DNA from: Blepharisma stoltei ATCC 30299 | Lineage: Eukaryota; Protista; Ciliophora | Length of the DNA stretch: 64,000 bases | Assembly (NCBI GenBank): GCA_965603825.1 | Contig: CBFDEM010000020.1 | Coordinates: 372,001-436,000 of the forward strand | Direction: 5' to 3' | Shown here: piece after piece, positions 1 to 12,108 of the stretch | Numbering within the stretch: position 1 is the first letter of the stretch | Layout of the letters: each line of letters opens with the position of its first letter | The notes under the pieces: model-generated | What the model saw: only the letters and a program-made list of their open reading frames with translations | What the model was told of the DNA's origin: nothing | Databases searched by the model: none | Program-made: the position numbers and the translations under genes

Positions 1-2
1 TT

Positions 3-161
3 GGAGATAAAAAAGACTCTGCTATGGAAACGATCAGAAAAGTAAGAATAACAGAATCGAAACTAAATCGCTTAGTTTATGTCCAAAACAGGTTTTTTGC
101 AGCTAAAGTTCATCACGGATTTAGAAAAATGCATAAAAATTTGATGGATTTTTATGTGTAA
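3..161 (+). CDS. 3' end of a gene truncated by the window edge, unknown protein
   Basis: Frame 3 is open from the edge (GDKKDSAMETIRKVRI...KNLMDFYV) to TAA 159-161, followed by an AT-rich spacer. Confidence 0.5.
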   Translation, partial: GDKKDSAMETIRKVRITESKLNRLVYVQNRFFAAKVHHGFRKMHKNLMDFYV

Positions 162-448
162 ATGAATTTTAATAAAATTTAGTTAATTTAACTCTTTCTT
201 TCTAGATGTTTAAGTGAAGAAGCAATGCATCATGCTCTAAAATACAGATCACCACAAGCTTTTGATAGATCAAATTTTGAGTATGAATTTTGCAATAGGC
301 TTAATAAAGTTAGAACAATAAGAATTCATATAACTACTGATAGAAAAATACTTAAACAATATTTAGAGCACAGATCCACTTTTTATATTAATTAAACTAC
401 CAAAATTAAAAAAATATAATTGATTTTTAAAACAAATATTTGCTACAG

Positions 449-2722
449 CTATATCAATTCATCTCTTTCTCTGTTTCTTGCTGTAGTTAACCTATCAGAA
501 GAATGACTAATCATTCTTACAAGCTCATTGCTTTTTGTATCAGTTTTGTGAAATCCATTTAAAGTGCTTCTCCTAGTTCTCGATTTTCCAACCCAAATTG
601 CTAGATTCTTTCTAAGCTGATCCATAACGAGTTGATTCAGCGTTTCAGAGTTCAGATATCCACATCATGCTTCAAATAATGGTATGCAAATATTTTTCAA
701 AAACCCTGCTTGGCTTTTTGCTATATCAGTAGTTTCTCTGTCACAGTACATTGAAACGGGCTGGTTTCTTGCCTTCTCTATGTCTCCTTGATTGAAAAAC
801 TCTTCACATACAAGTGCTGTCCATTTTTCATGTAAATCAGTTACTTTTGCACTATGGCCAATATCTGAGCATTTAAGTGCCATGGCAAGAATTAATATTT
901 TGTCTTCTTGCTTTTCTATATTTAAATCTGATAAATGAAGAGCCCTTGTTCTTCATCTTCCTAAGATTTCGAAATGCTTTGACATGTCGGTGTCTAAAAT
1001 CATTTCTACTATAAGTTTTCTGGCTTTTATTCAATCATCATTGCATAGCCCTTCAAAAATATTGCATCCAGGTCTCTGCATAATTAAGTATGTTTTGGAA
1101 CAATGCATATTTTCTAATACAGAACTGTCATTATACTGCAACGCTAATTCGTCTCTATTATTGACCAAAAATCGATTTGTCAATGCTTGATGACCTACAT
1201 CGTGCCCTAATGCAGCAATAATTGAAGACAAGATATCTAAGCTTCCCAGAGAAGGATAAAGGCTGCCATATTCACAAAAAAAAAGAAGTGTATGCAATAC
1301 ATCAGCAGCGTGACATGCATTATGATAGGGATTATGATTATAATTCTAAATAAAAATTACATTTTCAATGCATTTGAAATAGGCGTCACTAACATCTTCA
1401 CTGATGTTGAATTTCGTCTGCATATTCCATTTTTTTAACAAATATTTGGCGACTATAAAAATACTGTGTCCGGTAGAGGTATATACAAATCATATATCGA
1501 AGTTATAGTTTCTGCCCACTGTAGATAGAACACCTTCTAGCTCTGATTCTCCATAATTGCTGAATGGGAAATTTGTTTTAGGCTGGTCTTTATCACTATC
1601 TGTCATTGTAATTGGACGAGTTATTGATTTGGCATGAGTAGTTTCTTGAGGCTCCATGAAGTTTTCAATCATAAATGTTTTGTCGTCATCATCAATAAAG
1701 TGATCTTTCTCTATTTTAATTTCTTTCAGATATTTCCCGTGCGCAATTCTTCTCTTAACTTTTTCTATTTCAGTGCAAGTCCCTTTTAGCCTTGTTTTTA
1801 AGTCATTATAAATTATAACTTTACAGGCGTTTTTTATTTCTTTTTTTATACTATCGCAAGACTCTACAAGAACCTCAATTTCTGAGTTTATCGTTGCTTT
1901 AGATTGAAATTCTTGTGGAGGAAGTTCATATAATTCGTGCTCTTTATCAGCTCTTCAGAAGATTTGTCGAGTTCTGTAGTCAATTTGATGAGATTCTATC
2001 GTCTGAATTGTTAAGAAAATCAGCAAAATTAGGAATTCTCCTGCAATTGCATATGTTGATAAAGGAGAATATCCTAAGGATAAACCTAGAAATAATGCTA
2101 AGCACGAAGTTGATAAGAAAGCAATTATTTGAAAACTGTCAAATAGAATTGTTCTCATCATGATAATCCAGCAAACTATTCCTAATGATCCAGGTATATA
2201 ACTCTTATGAAATTTGTTATCGTAAATCCCACTTAAAATTCTTTCATCTCCTACAACTAAAAAAATCATAAAAATCAGCCCAAACAAAGTATATAAAATC
2301 CTACTTTTTCGTAAAAACCAGCCACATGTTAAGATAAGGAATAAAATTCCATAAGCAATCAATAAAATTGCTAATAGCGAGCTTAACTGCAAGAACAAAT
2401 GGACAGATTCTAAATTGTCTTCATTGTAAAGCAGCAGCGAACATGTCACCAGAATTAAAATGTACAAGGTAAAAAATACATAAAATATCAGCAAATTGCT
2501 TTTGAATTCGTTTGAAACTTTGTTTCTATCACTTCTATCGCAATAAAGTGTCTGAATATATTTTTCTTCTAAAAGTTTGTTAGTGAAATGGAGTAGATTT
2601 GAGTTGATTGGAAGATTGGTACATTCAAGACTTTCGTGGTTGAGGATTCCGTATATTCCTGAATTATGGAATTTGAAGACGCTTTGATAAATATCTCCGT
2701 TTTCATTCGGGTGATTAGTCAT
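449..2722 (-). CDS. Membrane-anchored class I 3',5'-cyclic nucleotide phosphodiesterase (~752 aa)
   Basis: Joins ORFs 1955-2722, 1490-1672, 1031-1297 and 665-883 through TGA=Trp (1955, 1490, 1031, 953, 665) and intron 1346-1360. Motifs NPYHNACHAADV, GHDVGH, SVLENMH, TDMSKH, KCSDIGH, EEFFNQGD; several N-terminal hydrophobic helices; TAG 449-451. Confidence 0.92.
1346..1360 (-). other. 15-nt intron (PDE)
   Basis: GTAATTTTTATTTAG; removal deletes an in-frame TAG just before NPYHN. Confidence 0.9.
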
Positions 2723-3040
2723 CTATGAATATTAATATTTTTCAATAAAATGCTATTAAATTATAGCATTATGCAATTGAATCTAAATAAAAGAATGCGA
2801 AATTTTTTATGTTAGGTATTAGAATTTTGCGATGCCAAAAATAGTTTACTGGGTGGACAATATTTAATAAAATAATTTTTAATTCAGCGTTGTTTTTTTG
2901 TTAAAATGGGCTTTGTATTGAAAGTATTCAAAAATAAGTAAAGCCGTTTTTGATATAAATATTCTTAAAACAATTATTAAAATTTAGCTTTTGAAGCTTT
3001 TAAATGAAATATATCAAATTATGAAATTTACACAAAACAA

Positions 3041-3787
3041 TTATATTTTCTGCTTTTTTGTAGGCTTATCTTCATTTTGGTCCTCGTTTTCTCTGAACTC
3101 AGCCCTCAACTGCCATTGATGCCTATAAGCTCCTTGAGTTCCTTTCTCTGCAATTTCTGGCAAAAGTTTTCTCAAATAAGCTTCAGGCTGCCCTGTTTCT
3201 TCCACTAAATTTTTTACCTTCCAAAACCTTTGAATTGCAAAGAGGTTAAAAAGCATTTCTTTTACAGCTTCAGGCTCTTCCCTTACTCTTTTTTCCTTAT
3301 GCTTTTTAAGATATGTGGCTAAGGCAGCTTTATCTTTATTTGCCATAACAAAAGTTTTATGATCCTCATGAAGCTTAAAAATCCTTTGTTTTGCTTTCAT
3401 ATCATCGATATTTGGATCTGCAGTGCTAATTGCATATTTGCTTACTTCTTCTAGTTTTTCTTGATTGTGTTTATAAAGCAATGGATTTTGCTCAGGTAAT
3501 AAATTTCCTCTGCAAATAACTTTCGCCTTAAGTATAGCCTTTCGGTTTCCATCGACAGAGAAAATGTACAGATCATCGTCATGAATTTTTTGGACTTTTG
3601 TGTTAAATTTGGTAACTCCGTTTGTCAACGCTCCTAAATCATCTTGAAGGCTCAATTCTGCATCCATAGTTTTTGAGTCCAAAGAAATCGTCATATTTGA
3701 GTCGCTCTTTACTTTGAAGGCTTCATATAAGTAGTCAGGAAGCTTTAGTAGCATTACATGATTCTTTTCTGTAAAAATTTGATCCAT
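3041..3787 (-). CDS. GTF2F2: Transcription initiation factor TFIIF beta subunit (RAP30/Tfg2)
   Basis: N-terminal LLKLPDYL and C-terminal winged helix LFNLF..QRFWKVKNLVEETGQPEAYLRKLLPEIA...HQWQLRAEFR. Confidence 0.85.
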   Translation of the reverse strand: MDQIFTEKNHVMLLKLPDYLYEAFKVKSDSNMTISLDSKTMDAELSLQDDLGALTNGVTKFNTKVQKIHDDDLYIFSVDGNRKAILKAKVICRGNLLPEQNPLLYKHNQEKLEEVSKYAISTADPNIDDMKAKQRIFKLHEDHKTFVMANKDKAALATYLKKHKEKRVREEPEAVKEMLFNLFAIQRFWKVKNLVEETGQPEAYLRKLLPEIAEKGTQGAYRHQWQLRAEFRENEDQNEDKPTKKQKI

Positions 3788-3818
3788 TTATTATATACCG
3801 GGCTTTTAGTATAATTAA

Positions 3819-6098
3819 ATGGAGTGTTTGAGATATCTTGAGAGTTGCATGTCATCGCAAAATGAGGCCACGAAGATGGAAATTGAAGACAACAAAGAAA
3901 TTTTCAGCAGAGAAGATGCTGTATCTATTTGAAATATGTGTGTGAAAATCAATAGTAAAGCAAAAATTCAAAATAAAAAAGAAGTGTTGGAAACAATCGC
4001 AAATTTAAGGAAAAAAGCATGTGAAGCGCTTGGAAGTTTTAAAGATCAAGCTGAAATGGATAAGTTTTGGCTGAGAACTGCCAAGGCTTACATGGACTGC
4101 TCATTGTGAGAAAAAGCAGAATACTGCTTCAGCAAAGTATCCCTTTCTAATCCTGATAATGAGCTCTCATTCAATTATCATTTGTGAAAAACTCAGCTGG
4201 ATTTCCTAAAATCATCCATCATTCCTTCCGATTTTTCCACTCTTTATAGCCTCTCTGAAACTCTCCCTCATGAAAAATTTAGACTGGCAAGATTTCTTTA
4301 TTGCGAAATATGTAAATATTTGCATGTTTCAAAACAATATGCACAACTAAAAGAGCTTCTTTTCTTATGCCAAAAAATTTGCCAAAACTCCAGCTTAGAC
4401 AGTTTACTTGAAATCAGCAATAAATCTAAGGTTCTTCTCTGCCAAGTTTACATTGATTTGATGGAAATTGATAAAGCTTCTTCAATATTGGATTCTTTAC
4501 CTTGTGACCAAAATTTCCTTTTCCTTAAACTGAAAATTAACCTGTGTAAAGACAACTTTAGTGAAACTCAAGACATTGTATTTGAAATGATTGGAATTTT
4601 AAAAGAAGAAAGTTTGCTTCAAGCTGTTGATATCATGATATCAGCTAATAAGCTTGTTGATTCATGCAAAGCGTTAATGACAATCTCTGAAGCTTTTTCA
4701 ACAGGTGCAGTCTATTTGAAGTGGTTTCAGATACTATTTTCCCTATATGTAATAAATGGGACCTATGATGAAAGTTTGCCTTATTTGAACATTAATGTAG
4801 TAATTTCAAAGCTTATGCTTTGCGAAAACAAAGATGTAGAAAAAATAAAAATCTTGCTCTGAGATTACGCACAAGAGCTATATTATAGAAACCGATCTGA
4901 AATTGCCTTAGAAATGATCGAAAAACATTATTTTTCTATAATTTCAAAAGAAGATGAGCACAAATCACTCGAATTTTGCGCTATGTGCTACTTGCGCATA
5001 AATGATCCTTTAAATGCTATTAATATTCTTCGTGAGCTTGAACAGACACCAAATGTAATATTTTTAATTTTCAAAGCCAAAATTTTGATAGGTAATACTG
5101 ATATTGAAGAGATTAAAAAACTTTTAAAAAATCATGAAAAACCACTTGAGGTGTTAAAAGAATTAATTAACTCTGATATTCCAAATATTGAATCTTTACT
5201 GGAAGATTTAAGCGAGCTAATTATTGATTGCCTTGATAAAGAAGCTGATATTCAAGGAATTTTATATTTACTCTGCGAAAAATCAAATACTGAAGGTGCA
5301 CTGCTAAGTTTTTTACCAATTGCCTTAAATAAGCTTTCTGGAGACAATCTTAAATGATTTTTCTGTAAAGCTTGAAATTCAGGTATTTCAGCATCATCTG
5401 CAAAATTATCATACACTCTTATGATCCTTTCAGTGAAAATTGCTGAAAAAGGAGGCTTCCTAAATTCTAATGAAGGGGTTCAAGCAATCTTAGGTGCTGC
5501 GATTTCTGCAATAAAAAGTGAATCTTTAGACCAGCTAGCATATATACAAGGATATTTAAATAGCATACAGGGGCATGACCAAGAAATCGCTTTATTAGAC
5601 TTTGAGATATTTTTGTTGACTAATCAAGGTAACTATGATGAATATCTGTTAAGTCATTCTATTAATTTCTATCCTTATTTCGCATCAATTGCTTTAGAAA
5701 AGTCAAAAAAGGATTTGGCAAAGAAGTGCCTCCAACTATTAGTGCAAGCGAATTTTGATAAAAAGGTCCAAATTTCTGCAATTAAGCAATTGCTTTTGCT
5801 ATCAACTACATTCGAAGAGACTGAAGACTATCTCATAAAAGCTATAGAAATTTTATCCCAATGGCCTGAAATTCAAAGCAATAGATTGGAACTCCAAGCA
5901 GAGTCTGAATGGCTTCTCGCTACATCTGTAAACAGCGGAATCAAAGCATACAGTCTTTCCCAAATTCACATTTCAGAAAGATGGCTATTTTATGCTTTAA
6001 AAATGGCTGAAATTTCTCATGATTTACTCGAAACGAAAATTCATGATCTTTATATAGAAGTTTTAAATCAAAAAAATAATTTGTTAAAGTTTTCATAA
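3819..6098 (+). CDS. ZIP4: ZIP4/SPO22/TEX11-like TPR meiotic protein (~759 aa)
   Basis: One frame from ATG 3819 with TGA=Trp at 3930, 4107, 4185, 4860, 5355, 5373. Motifs in family order: IWNMCV, FWLRTAKAYMDC..WEKAEYCF, ILLWDYA, WFFCKAWNSG, ESEWLLATSVNSGI...SERWLFYAL. Confidence 0.7.
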
Positions 6099-8660
6099 TT
6101 AGCGCTTTCCTTTAATCATCATTTGAATTCTTTCGCTTAGTCAAGGATGCCATTGATTAAATGGTATACTTGATTGCTGGACTGTGGCAAATAACTCGTC
6201 AGAATTTAGAGAAGCTGGGATTTTTTCTCGATTAGGTGCATTCATTTTTACAGCCTGCAAGGTCTAAATAGAGTTTACCATAGCAAAATATTCTTCCATA
6301 GCTGGCTTGCGGGGAGGAGGAGCTCTTCTATTTCTTCTTGGACTTGATGAGCCAGTGCTTTTGGTTTCTTCTTCGTCAGTTGTGACAGATTTTAAAGGAG
6401 AAATCTTGAATTTTTTACCTGTCCAAAAGTCTAGCTGCACAATTGGCTTTAAAATCGAGAGAGTTTCTGAGGTAGTAATTAGCAGACTTTGGTGAACTGG
6501 GTCAACATTAAAGGTTTGTCTTGAATTAGTGAAGCCTTTGGCTGATTTTTTTAGAACTATAGAGGGCAATTTTGACAAGCTGATTTCTTGGATTTGAGGT
6601 TTACAGCAAAGAATGCCTAAATTTGATAATATCAGGCAAGATCTGCGAAGAGCAAGAGAATTAAAAACTTCAATTTCTTCACTGTCACTAAAGGTAGGAC
6701 GCCTTTTATCGCTTGTGAAAACTTCAAAGCTTTTAAATTCAAGATTGTGTGATATTTGAGGAATAAATAAAGATTGCTGAGAGCAATTTTTAAAGTATCT
6801 TTGGCTTTTTATACTATAGCTAAACTGGGAAACTGAAATTTCCTGCTCTCTTGGCTTCACTGAAATAACTTTAAGAATTTCTTTTGAGTTGTTGTTGGAT
6901 TTCGGTATAAAAATATTTTTCGAAAAAATTCCAAGACTCTGCTTTGGAGGTTTAATATTACAACTAGTAAATGCAGTGCTCGTATTATTGCTTATACTTC
7001 TTGGTATTTTAATGTTTAGTGACTGAATACTGAGAATTTGATGCTTTGGTATTATGGAAATATGTGAAAGAGTCTCATAAGAATAAGGGTTTTGAGGAAT
7101 TATTTCAGATTTTTTTTGAATATTTGGATTTATTTGAATATCGAAAGTTGAGAATTTTTTAAGATTTTTTCTCTCAATTTTGATATAATTTGAATCAATA
7201 CTTAGCTTTTTAGAACTTGGGAAAAATCCATAAGATTTTGTAGAGGTATCAAAATACCTCTTATTTTTTATATTTTTAGCAATTTTTATTTTGTTTAATG
7301 GAGCGATATAAATGTTTCTTGAAAAATACTCGAGTTGTTGAGATTCTGGAAAAATGCTGAAAGAAGTATTTGAAGTTGTAAATGATGCTGATGATTTTGC
7401 GTCTTCATCGGATTCATAAAATTGATAATCTTTTATGTTGTAGGGTCTAATTGATATATGTTGGTCTTGTTTCTTAATCTTTAGCTGCATAGGTTTATTT
7501 CTTTGGTTAAATACATGATTTTTTTCGTCCTGGTTGATCTTCTCATTTTCATGATTTTTTAAATTAAGTTTGAAAACTTTTTCAAGAGAAAGCATAGGTT
7601 TTGAGGCCCCAAAGCTTTCAGTTCTTTTCATCATCCCATATACAGAATATATTTTTCCAGCAACTACTGACAGTTGTGGCTTGAATTTCAAAATTGGTTT
7701 AATAGAAATTGAATACTGCTTTAGAACTTCCCAATGCTCCTGCTCCTCTTCTTCAATAACGCCATTACTTCTGTTTCCGAAAGAAAACCTGATTTCAGGC
7801 ATCATTTCACTGATTCCTGGACAGCTAATGTGGCCTGTTTTCTTAATTTTAAGTTTCGTTTTACTCTTCTTTGTCGCTTTAATATCAATTTTTCATGCTT
7901 CACTTTTCGATAGTCTCCCTATTTTTTCTTTCTGCTTTTTTTCGTTTTCTTTCTTTTTTTGAGCTTCAATCTCTCGATGTTCTAAGTCTTGTCCAAAAGC
8001 ATCTTTGTAATTTACTTTTACATCATCAATCAAATTTACCATTCTTTCCAACTGCTCATTGCATTTCTTCAGCTTTCTGTTTTCTAATATAAGACTTGAA
8101 TTATCAACTCTCAGCTGGGCAGAGGTTTGCTTCAGTCTTTCTATTGTTCCTTCTTGCAGCTTATAGAGCTCATCTGCCTCCAAAAATCTTTCACTCAGCT
8201 CTTCCAGCTCTTTTTCCAATTTCTCGCATTTTTCTCGGAATTCTGCATTTTCATGCCTCAGTAACGCTGTGATGTCTACTGGAATAATGCTTTCCAACTT
8301 CTGAGCAGCCCTCTCAGGCCCATCTTTACTTGGTAAAAATTTCTTAAGTTCTTGTCTTAACCTTTTATTTTCATTTCTCAATCTTGCTGATTCTAGAGTT
8401 GCTCTCGGGTCAGATTTTGAAGGAGAGTCATAAGTCGGTGATGGAGTATCTGGTGCATCTTGGATTATTTCTTGGTAGCGTGCTAAATAATACAAAGCAT
8501 AGTCAACGGCCACTAAACAGTCTTTTTTTATAAGCATGATATCTTCAATGAGTTCTTCAGGCAGATTTTCTTCGAATGAGTTTATATTATAATCTTCAAA
8601 CCTTTTCTTTATTTTTTCTAGGACTTTGGAGGATACGTCAATATTGCTTCGCCCGTTCAT
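6099..8660 (-). CDS. Coiled-coil, low-complexity protein of unknown function (~848 aa)
   Basis: ORFs 7893-8675 and 6264-7805 share a frame across TGA 7893. Intron 6264-6278 adds a last exon (EEYFAM|TLQAVKMN...IPFNQWHPWLSERI) ending TAA 6099-6101. Start taken as ATG 8660 because 8675 overlaps the DHX35 start. Confidence 0.75.
6264..6278 (-). other. 15-nt intron
   Basis: GTAAACTCTATTTAG; removes an in-frame TAG. Confidence 0.8.
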
Positions 8661-8668
8661 CTTAAAAA

Positions 8669-10672
8669 ATGTCAAATGACTTGATTGAAGAATTACGATT
8701 TGAGAAGGACTCTAATAATATAATAGCAGGGCATGAATCTGATAGAAATTCATTACCTATTATGAGATATAGAGACCATATATTGTATTCACTAGAGATT
8801 GCAAGCACTGTAATTGTTGTTGGGGAAACTGGGTGTGGGAAGTCTACACAGATTCCTCAGATTTTATATGAAGCTGGCTGGAATTTTCAAGATAAAGTTA
8901 TTGCTGTAAGTTTGCCTCGAAGAATTGCGACAATATCGCTGGCAATGAGAGTTTCTCAAGAAATGAGGGTAAAAAAGCAAGTTTCTTATAAGATCAGGTT
9001 TGACGATAAAACCTCTAATGATACAAAAATCAAGTTCATCACTGATGGAGCCTTGATTAGAGAAATCATGTGCGATCCTCTGCTTACACAATATTCAGTA
9101 ATTATGGTTGATGATGCGCACGAAAGAAGCATTTATACTGACTTACTACTTAGTTTGCTGAAAAAGTAAAAGCTATTTAGAATTAAAGTCAAGAGAAAAG
9201 ACTTAAGAGTCATTATTTCATCAGCTACCATAGATGCAGAAAGCTATGCTGAGTTTTTTCATGATAAAGGAGAAAATATACAGATTTTGTCAATTGAAGG
9301 CAGAACATATCCAGTTGATGTTTATTATTTAGAAGAACCATGCGCTGATTATATTAAAAAAGCTGCTGAGACAGTAAAAAATATCCATGAAAGCCAGCCA
9401 AGAGGCGATATTTTAGTATTTTTAACAGGCCAAGAAGATATCCATTTATTTTTGCAAAGTTTGCAAGATACCTCAGGGCTAGAAGGCTTACCTTTATATT
9501 CAGGCCTTTCTACTGAAAAACAGATGGAGGTGTTTTCTTCTCATCATTCTGGACGTAGAGTTATCGCAAGTACAAATATAGCTGAAACTTCGATTACTAT
9601 TGAAGGAATTTGTTATGTAGTTGACTGCTGTTTTGTGAAAGCAAAAATTTATAATCCTGCATCGAATACTGAATATTTGAACGTCATCCCTATTTCAAAA
9701 GCCCAAGCTTCTCAAAGAGCGGGAAGAGCTGGAAGAATAAGGCCTGGAAAATGCTATAGACTATGCACTGAGTCTGCTTTCATAAATCTTCAAGAATCCT
9801 CAGTTCCTGAAATATTAAGGTCGGACTTGACTTCAACTGTTCTATTTTTGAAATCACTGGGAATCAGAAATATCCCGAATTTCCAGTTTATCGATCAGCC
9901 GAATAAAACTTCTGTCGTAAAAGCATTGGAGGTCCTTTACAGTCTTGGAGCAATTGACGATTTTGGAGAACTTACGAAAACAATAGGATATCAAATTGCT
10001 GAATTTCCGATTGATCCTCGATTTTCAGTAATGCTGCTGAATTCATGCAAAGATGAATTCCACTGTAGCCGTGAAATGCTAGAGATTGTTTCAATGCTCT
10101 CTATTCAAAACTTATTCTCAGGAAAAGGCATTGAAAATGCCTTATGAACCAAGCGTAAGCTTGGTGCCAAAGAAGGCGATCATATTTGCTTATTAAATAT
10201 TTTCGAGAATTTCAACAGAATACAAAACTTTCAAGAAAGAAAACGGTTTTGCCAAGAACACAAACTTAGTATGAGAGCCTTACAAAGGGCTTATCAAATA
10301 AAAGAGCAGCTTTATAGAATAATGGGGAAATTTAAATGTAAAATAGTCAGTTGCGATGGGGATGTCGAAGGAATTTTAAGGTGTCTTGTGACTGGACTTT
10401 TTGCGAATGCTGCGCAAAGGAATCCAAATGGGACATATAAGACAGTCAAAGGTGACCAGCTGTTTTATTTGCACCCTACTAGCATTTTAGGAGCTTTAAA
10501 GCCTCCATGGGTAGTATTTACAGAAGTAATTCAGCAAGACAAGCCCTATATATGCGAAGTCAGCGAAATTGACGCAGACTGGCTATCAGAGTTAGCCCCT
10601 CACTATTTCTCCGACACCAGAGCTATGCAATTACAGATCCAACACAGAAGATTACAAAATGTAGCACAATAA
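8669..10672 (+). CDS. DHX35: DEAH-box RNA helicase, DHX35-like (~662 aa)
   Basis: GETGCGKSTQIPQ, PRRIA, TDG, DDAHER, SAT (after intron 9166-9180), STNIAETSITI, QRAGRAGR, HA2/OB tail; TGA=Trp at 10145. Confidence 0.85.
9166..9180 (+). other. 15-nt intron (DHX35)
   Basis: GTAAAAGCTATTTAG; joins helicase motifs II and III. Confidence 0.92.
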
Positions 10673-10682
10673 AATTAACCAA

Positions 10683-12042
10683 TTAAGCATTTTCTTTATT
10701 ATCTTCTAAAAGCACAGTATCTGCTGTATAAGAAAATGAGCGTATCAAGCTGAATCTTGCATGTCTCATTTTCTTGGTCTGCAGATTTGTATTTAAGAAC
10801 TCTTCGAGGTCTTCTTTCTCAGTGTATGCATTAACCTTGTCTCCAGCTTTGTCTTGGGAGCATACATGGTTTTTGCTGCCTAAAATCAGCTTGTCTTGGG
10901 ACAGCCTTAAGTTTGTGGTGTCAAATTTCTTAGGCACACAGTCATCATCAACATAATTGTCAATAATAAAAACTCCATTCGGCAAATTGAAGGTAAAATA
11001 TGAAGAAGTCCTTCTCGTTTTTTGTTTGCATTCGTTTTCGTTAGCACAATAATCAGTTATCGTTTTTAACAACTGTTCTACAGGCACAATATCATCATAA
11101 TGACTGTCTATTTCTTTGTCCACGACTTCTCTGAACTTTGCCCTTAAATCAGAGATCATTCCGCCTTTAAACCGGAACATTCTTTTGTTGGCAGCTTCCA
11201 ATACCAGTGCTGGGTTCACAATTTTCCTTGAATTATTTTCCATATAGGTAAAAGCATCATTAAAATCCTTGATTTTTACGATTTCTTTCCTAAATAGCCA
11301 CAAAAGTCCCAATGCACATTTAAAAAGAAAGGTAGAGCCCTCAACAAAAAATAAATCCCAAACCCTCATGACAACAGCTTTAGGAAAACTATAAGCGAAC
11401 ATACACACCAGCCACTGTACTGTGTATAAAGAAGGGTCAATTTCAAGCCTATCAAGATGCTTAGCGATCCTGCCTAGTTTTTTCTGCAGTAAAAATCCAA
11501 AAACTTTTTGGTCAACAATGACTCCAGTCATGATAGAAAAATAGTCCAAAGGCAAATAAGTTTCAACAATCTGTGAAAGCATCCAAAAGCTTTCCTAAAT
11601 AGATCTTACTTCTTCAGAAAACCCAATAGTCATCAGTCTCCCTACAATAAAATTTAGTCCTTGGCAGTATCCTACACTGGGGTTTCTTCATGAGTACGCC
11701 ACAAGAACATTTCTCAAAGCCGTCATATGAGTTTTCCTATCAAAAAAATTTTCATTTGGAAAGGTCCTATGTAAATCTCTATCAATTTGCCTAGTCACAG
11801 AGGTTTCAATGCTAATTTTGGTAGAAATTAGCGTTGAGTAATAAATAGGATTTTCTCTCAATTGTAAACCAGCCCCTGTGATTTCAAGTCATATCTTAAG
11901 TAATTATTACCATCTTTCGCTCCACATGTGGGGGTCCGTTAATGAGCAAAGTGCTGACAAGCGGTCTTGTCTGTGGCGTGATTCCATTTTCTCTCAGCTG
12001 TTTTAGAAGTTCGTTGCTATCAATTGCAGGTGGTTTTCTCAT
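10683..12042 (-). CDS. TBC-domain Rab GTPase-activating protein (~442 aa)
   Basis: QIDRDLHRTF, GYCQGLNF, EEESFWML, QWLVCMF, RVWDLFF; introns 11895-11910 and 11595-11609; TGA=Trp at 11889 and 11688. Confidence 0.9.
11595..11609 (-). other. 15-nt intron (TBC)
   Basis: GTAAGATCTATTTAG; gives SEE|ESFW. Confidence 0.9.
11895..11910 (-). other. 16-nt intron (TBC)
   Basis: GTAATAATTACTTAAG; gives ERKM|IWLEITGA. Confidence 0.85.
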
Positions 12043-12108
12043 TTTTCAAACTATTTAATTATCTCTATTAAGTCCTTTTTCCCTGCACTAATCTCCTCTA
12101 TCAATAAT

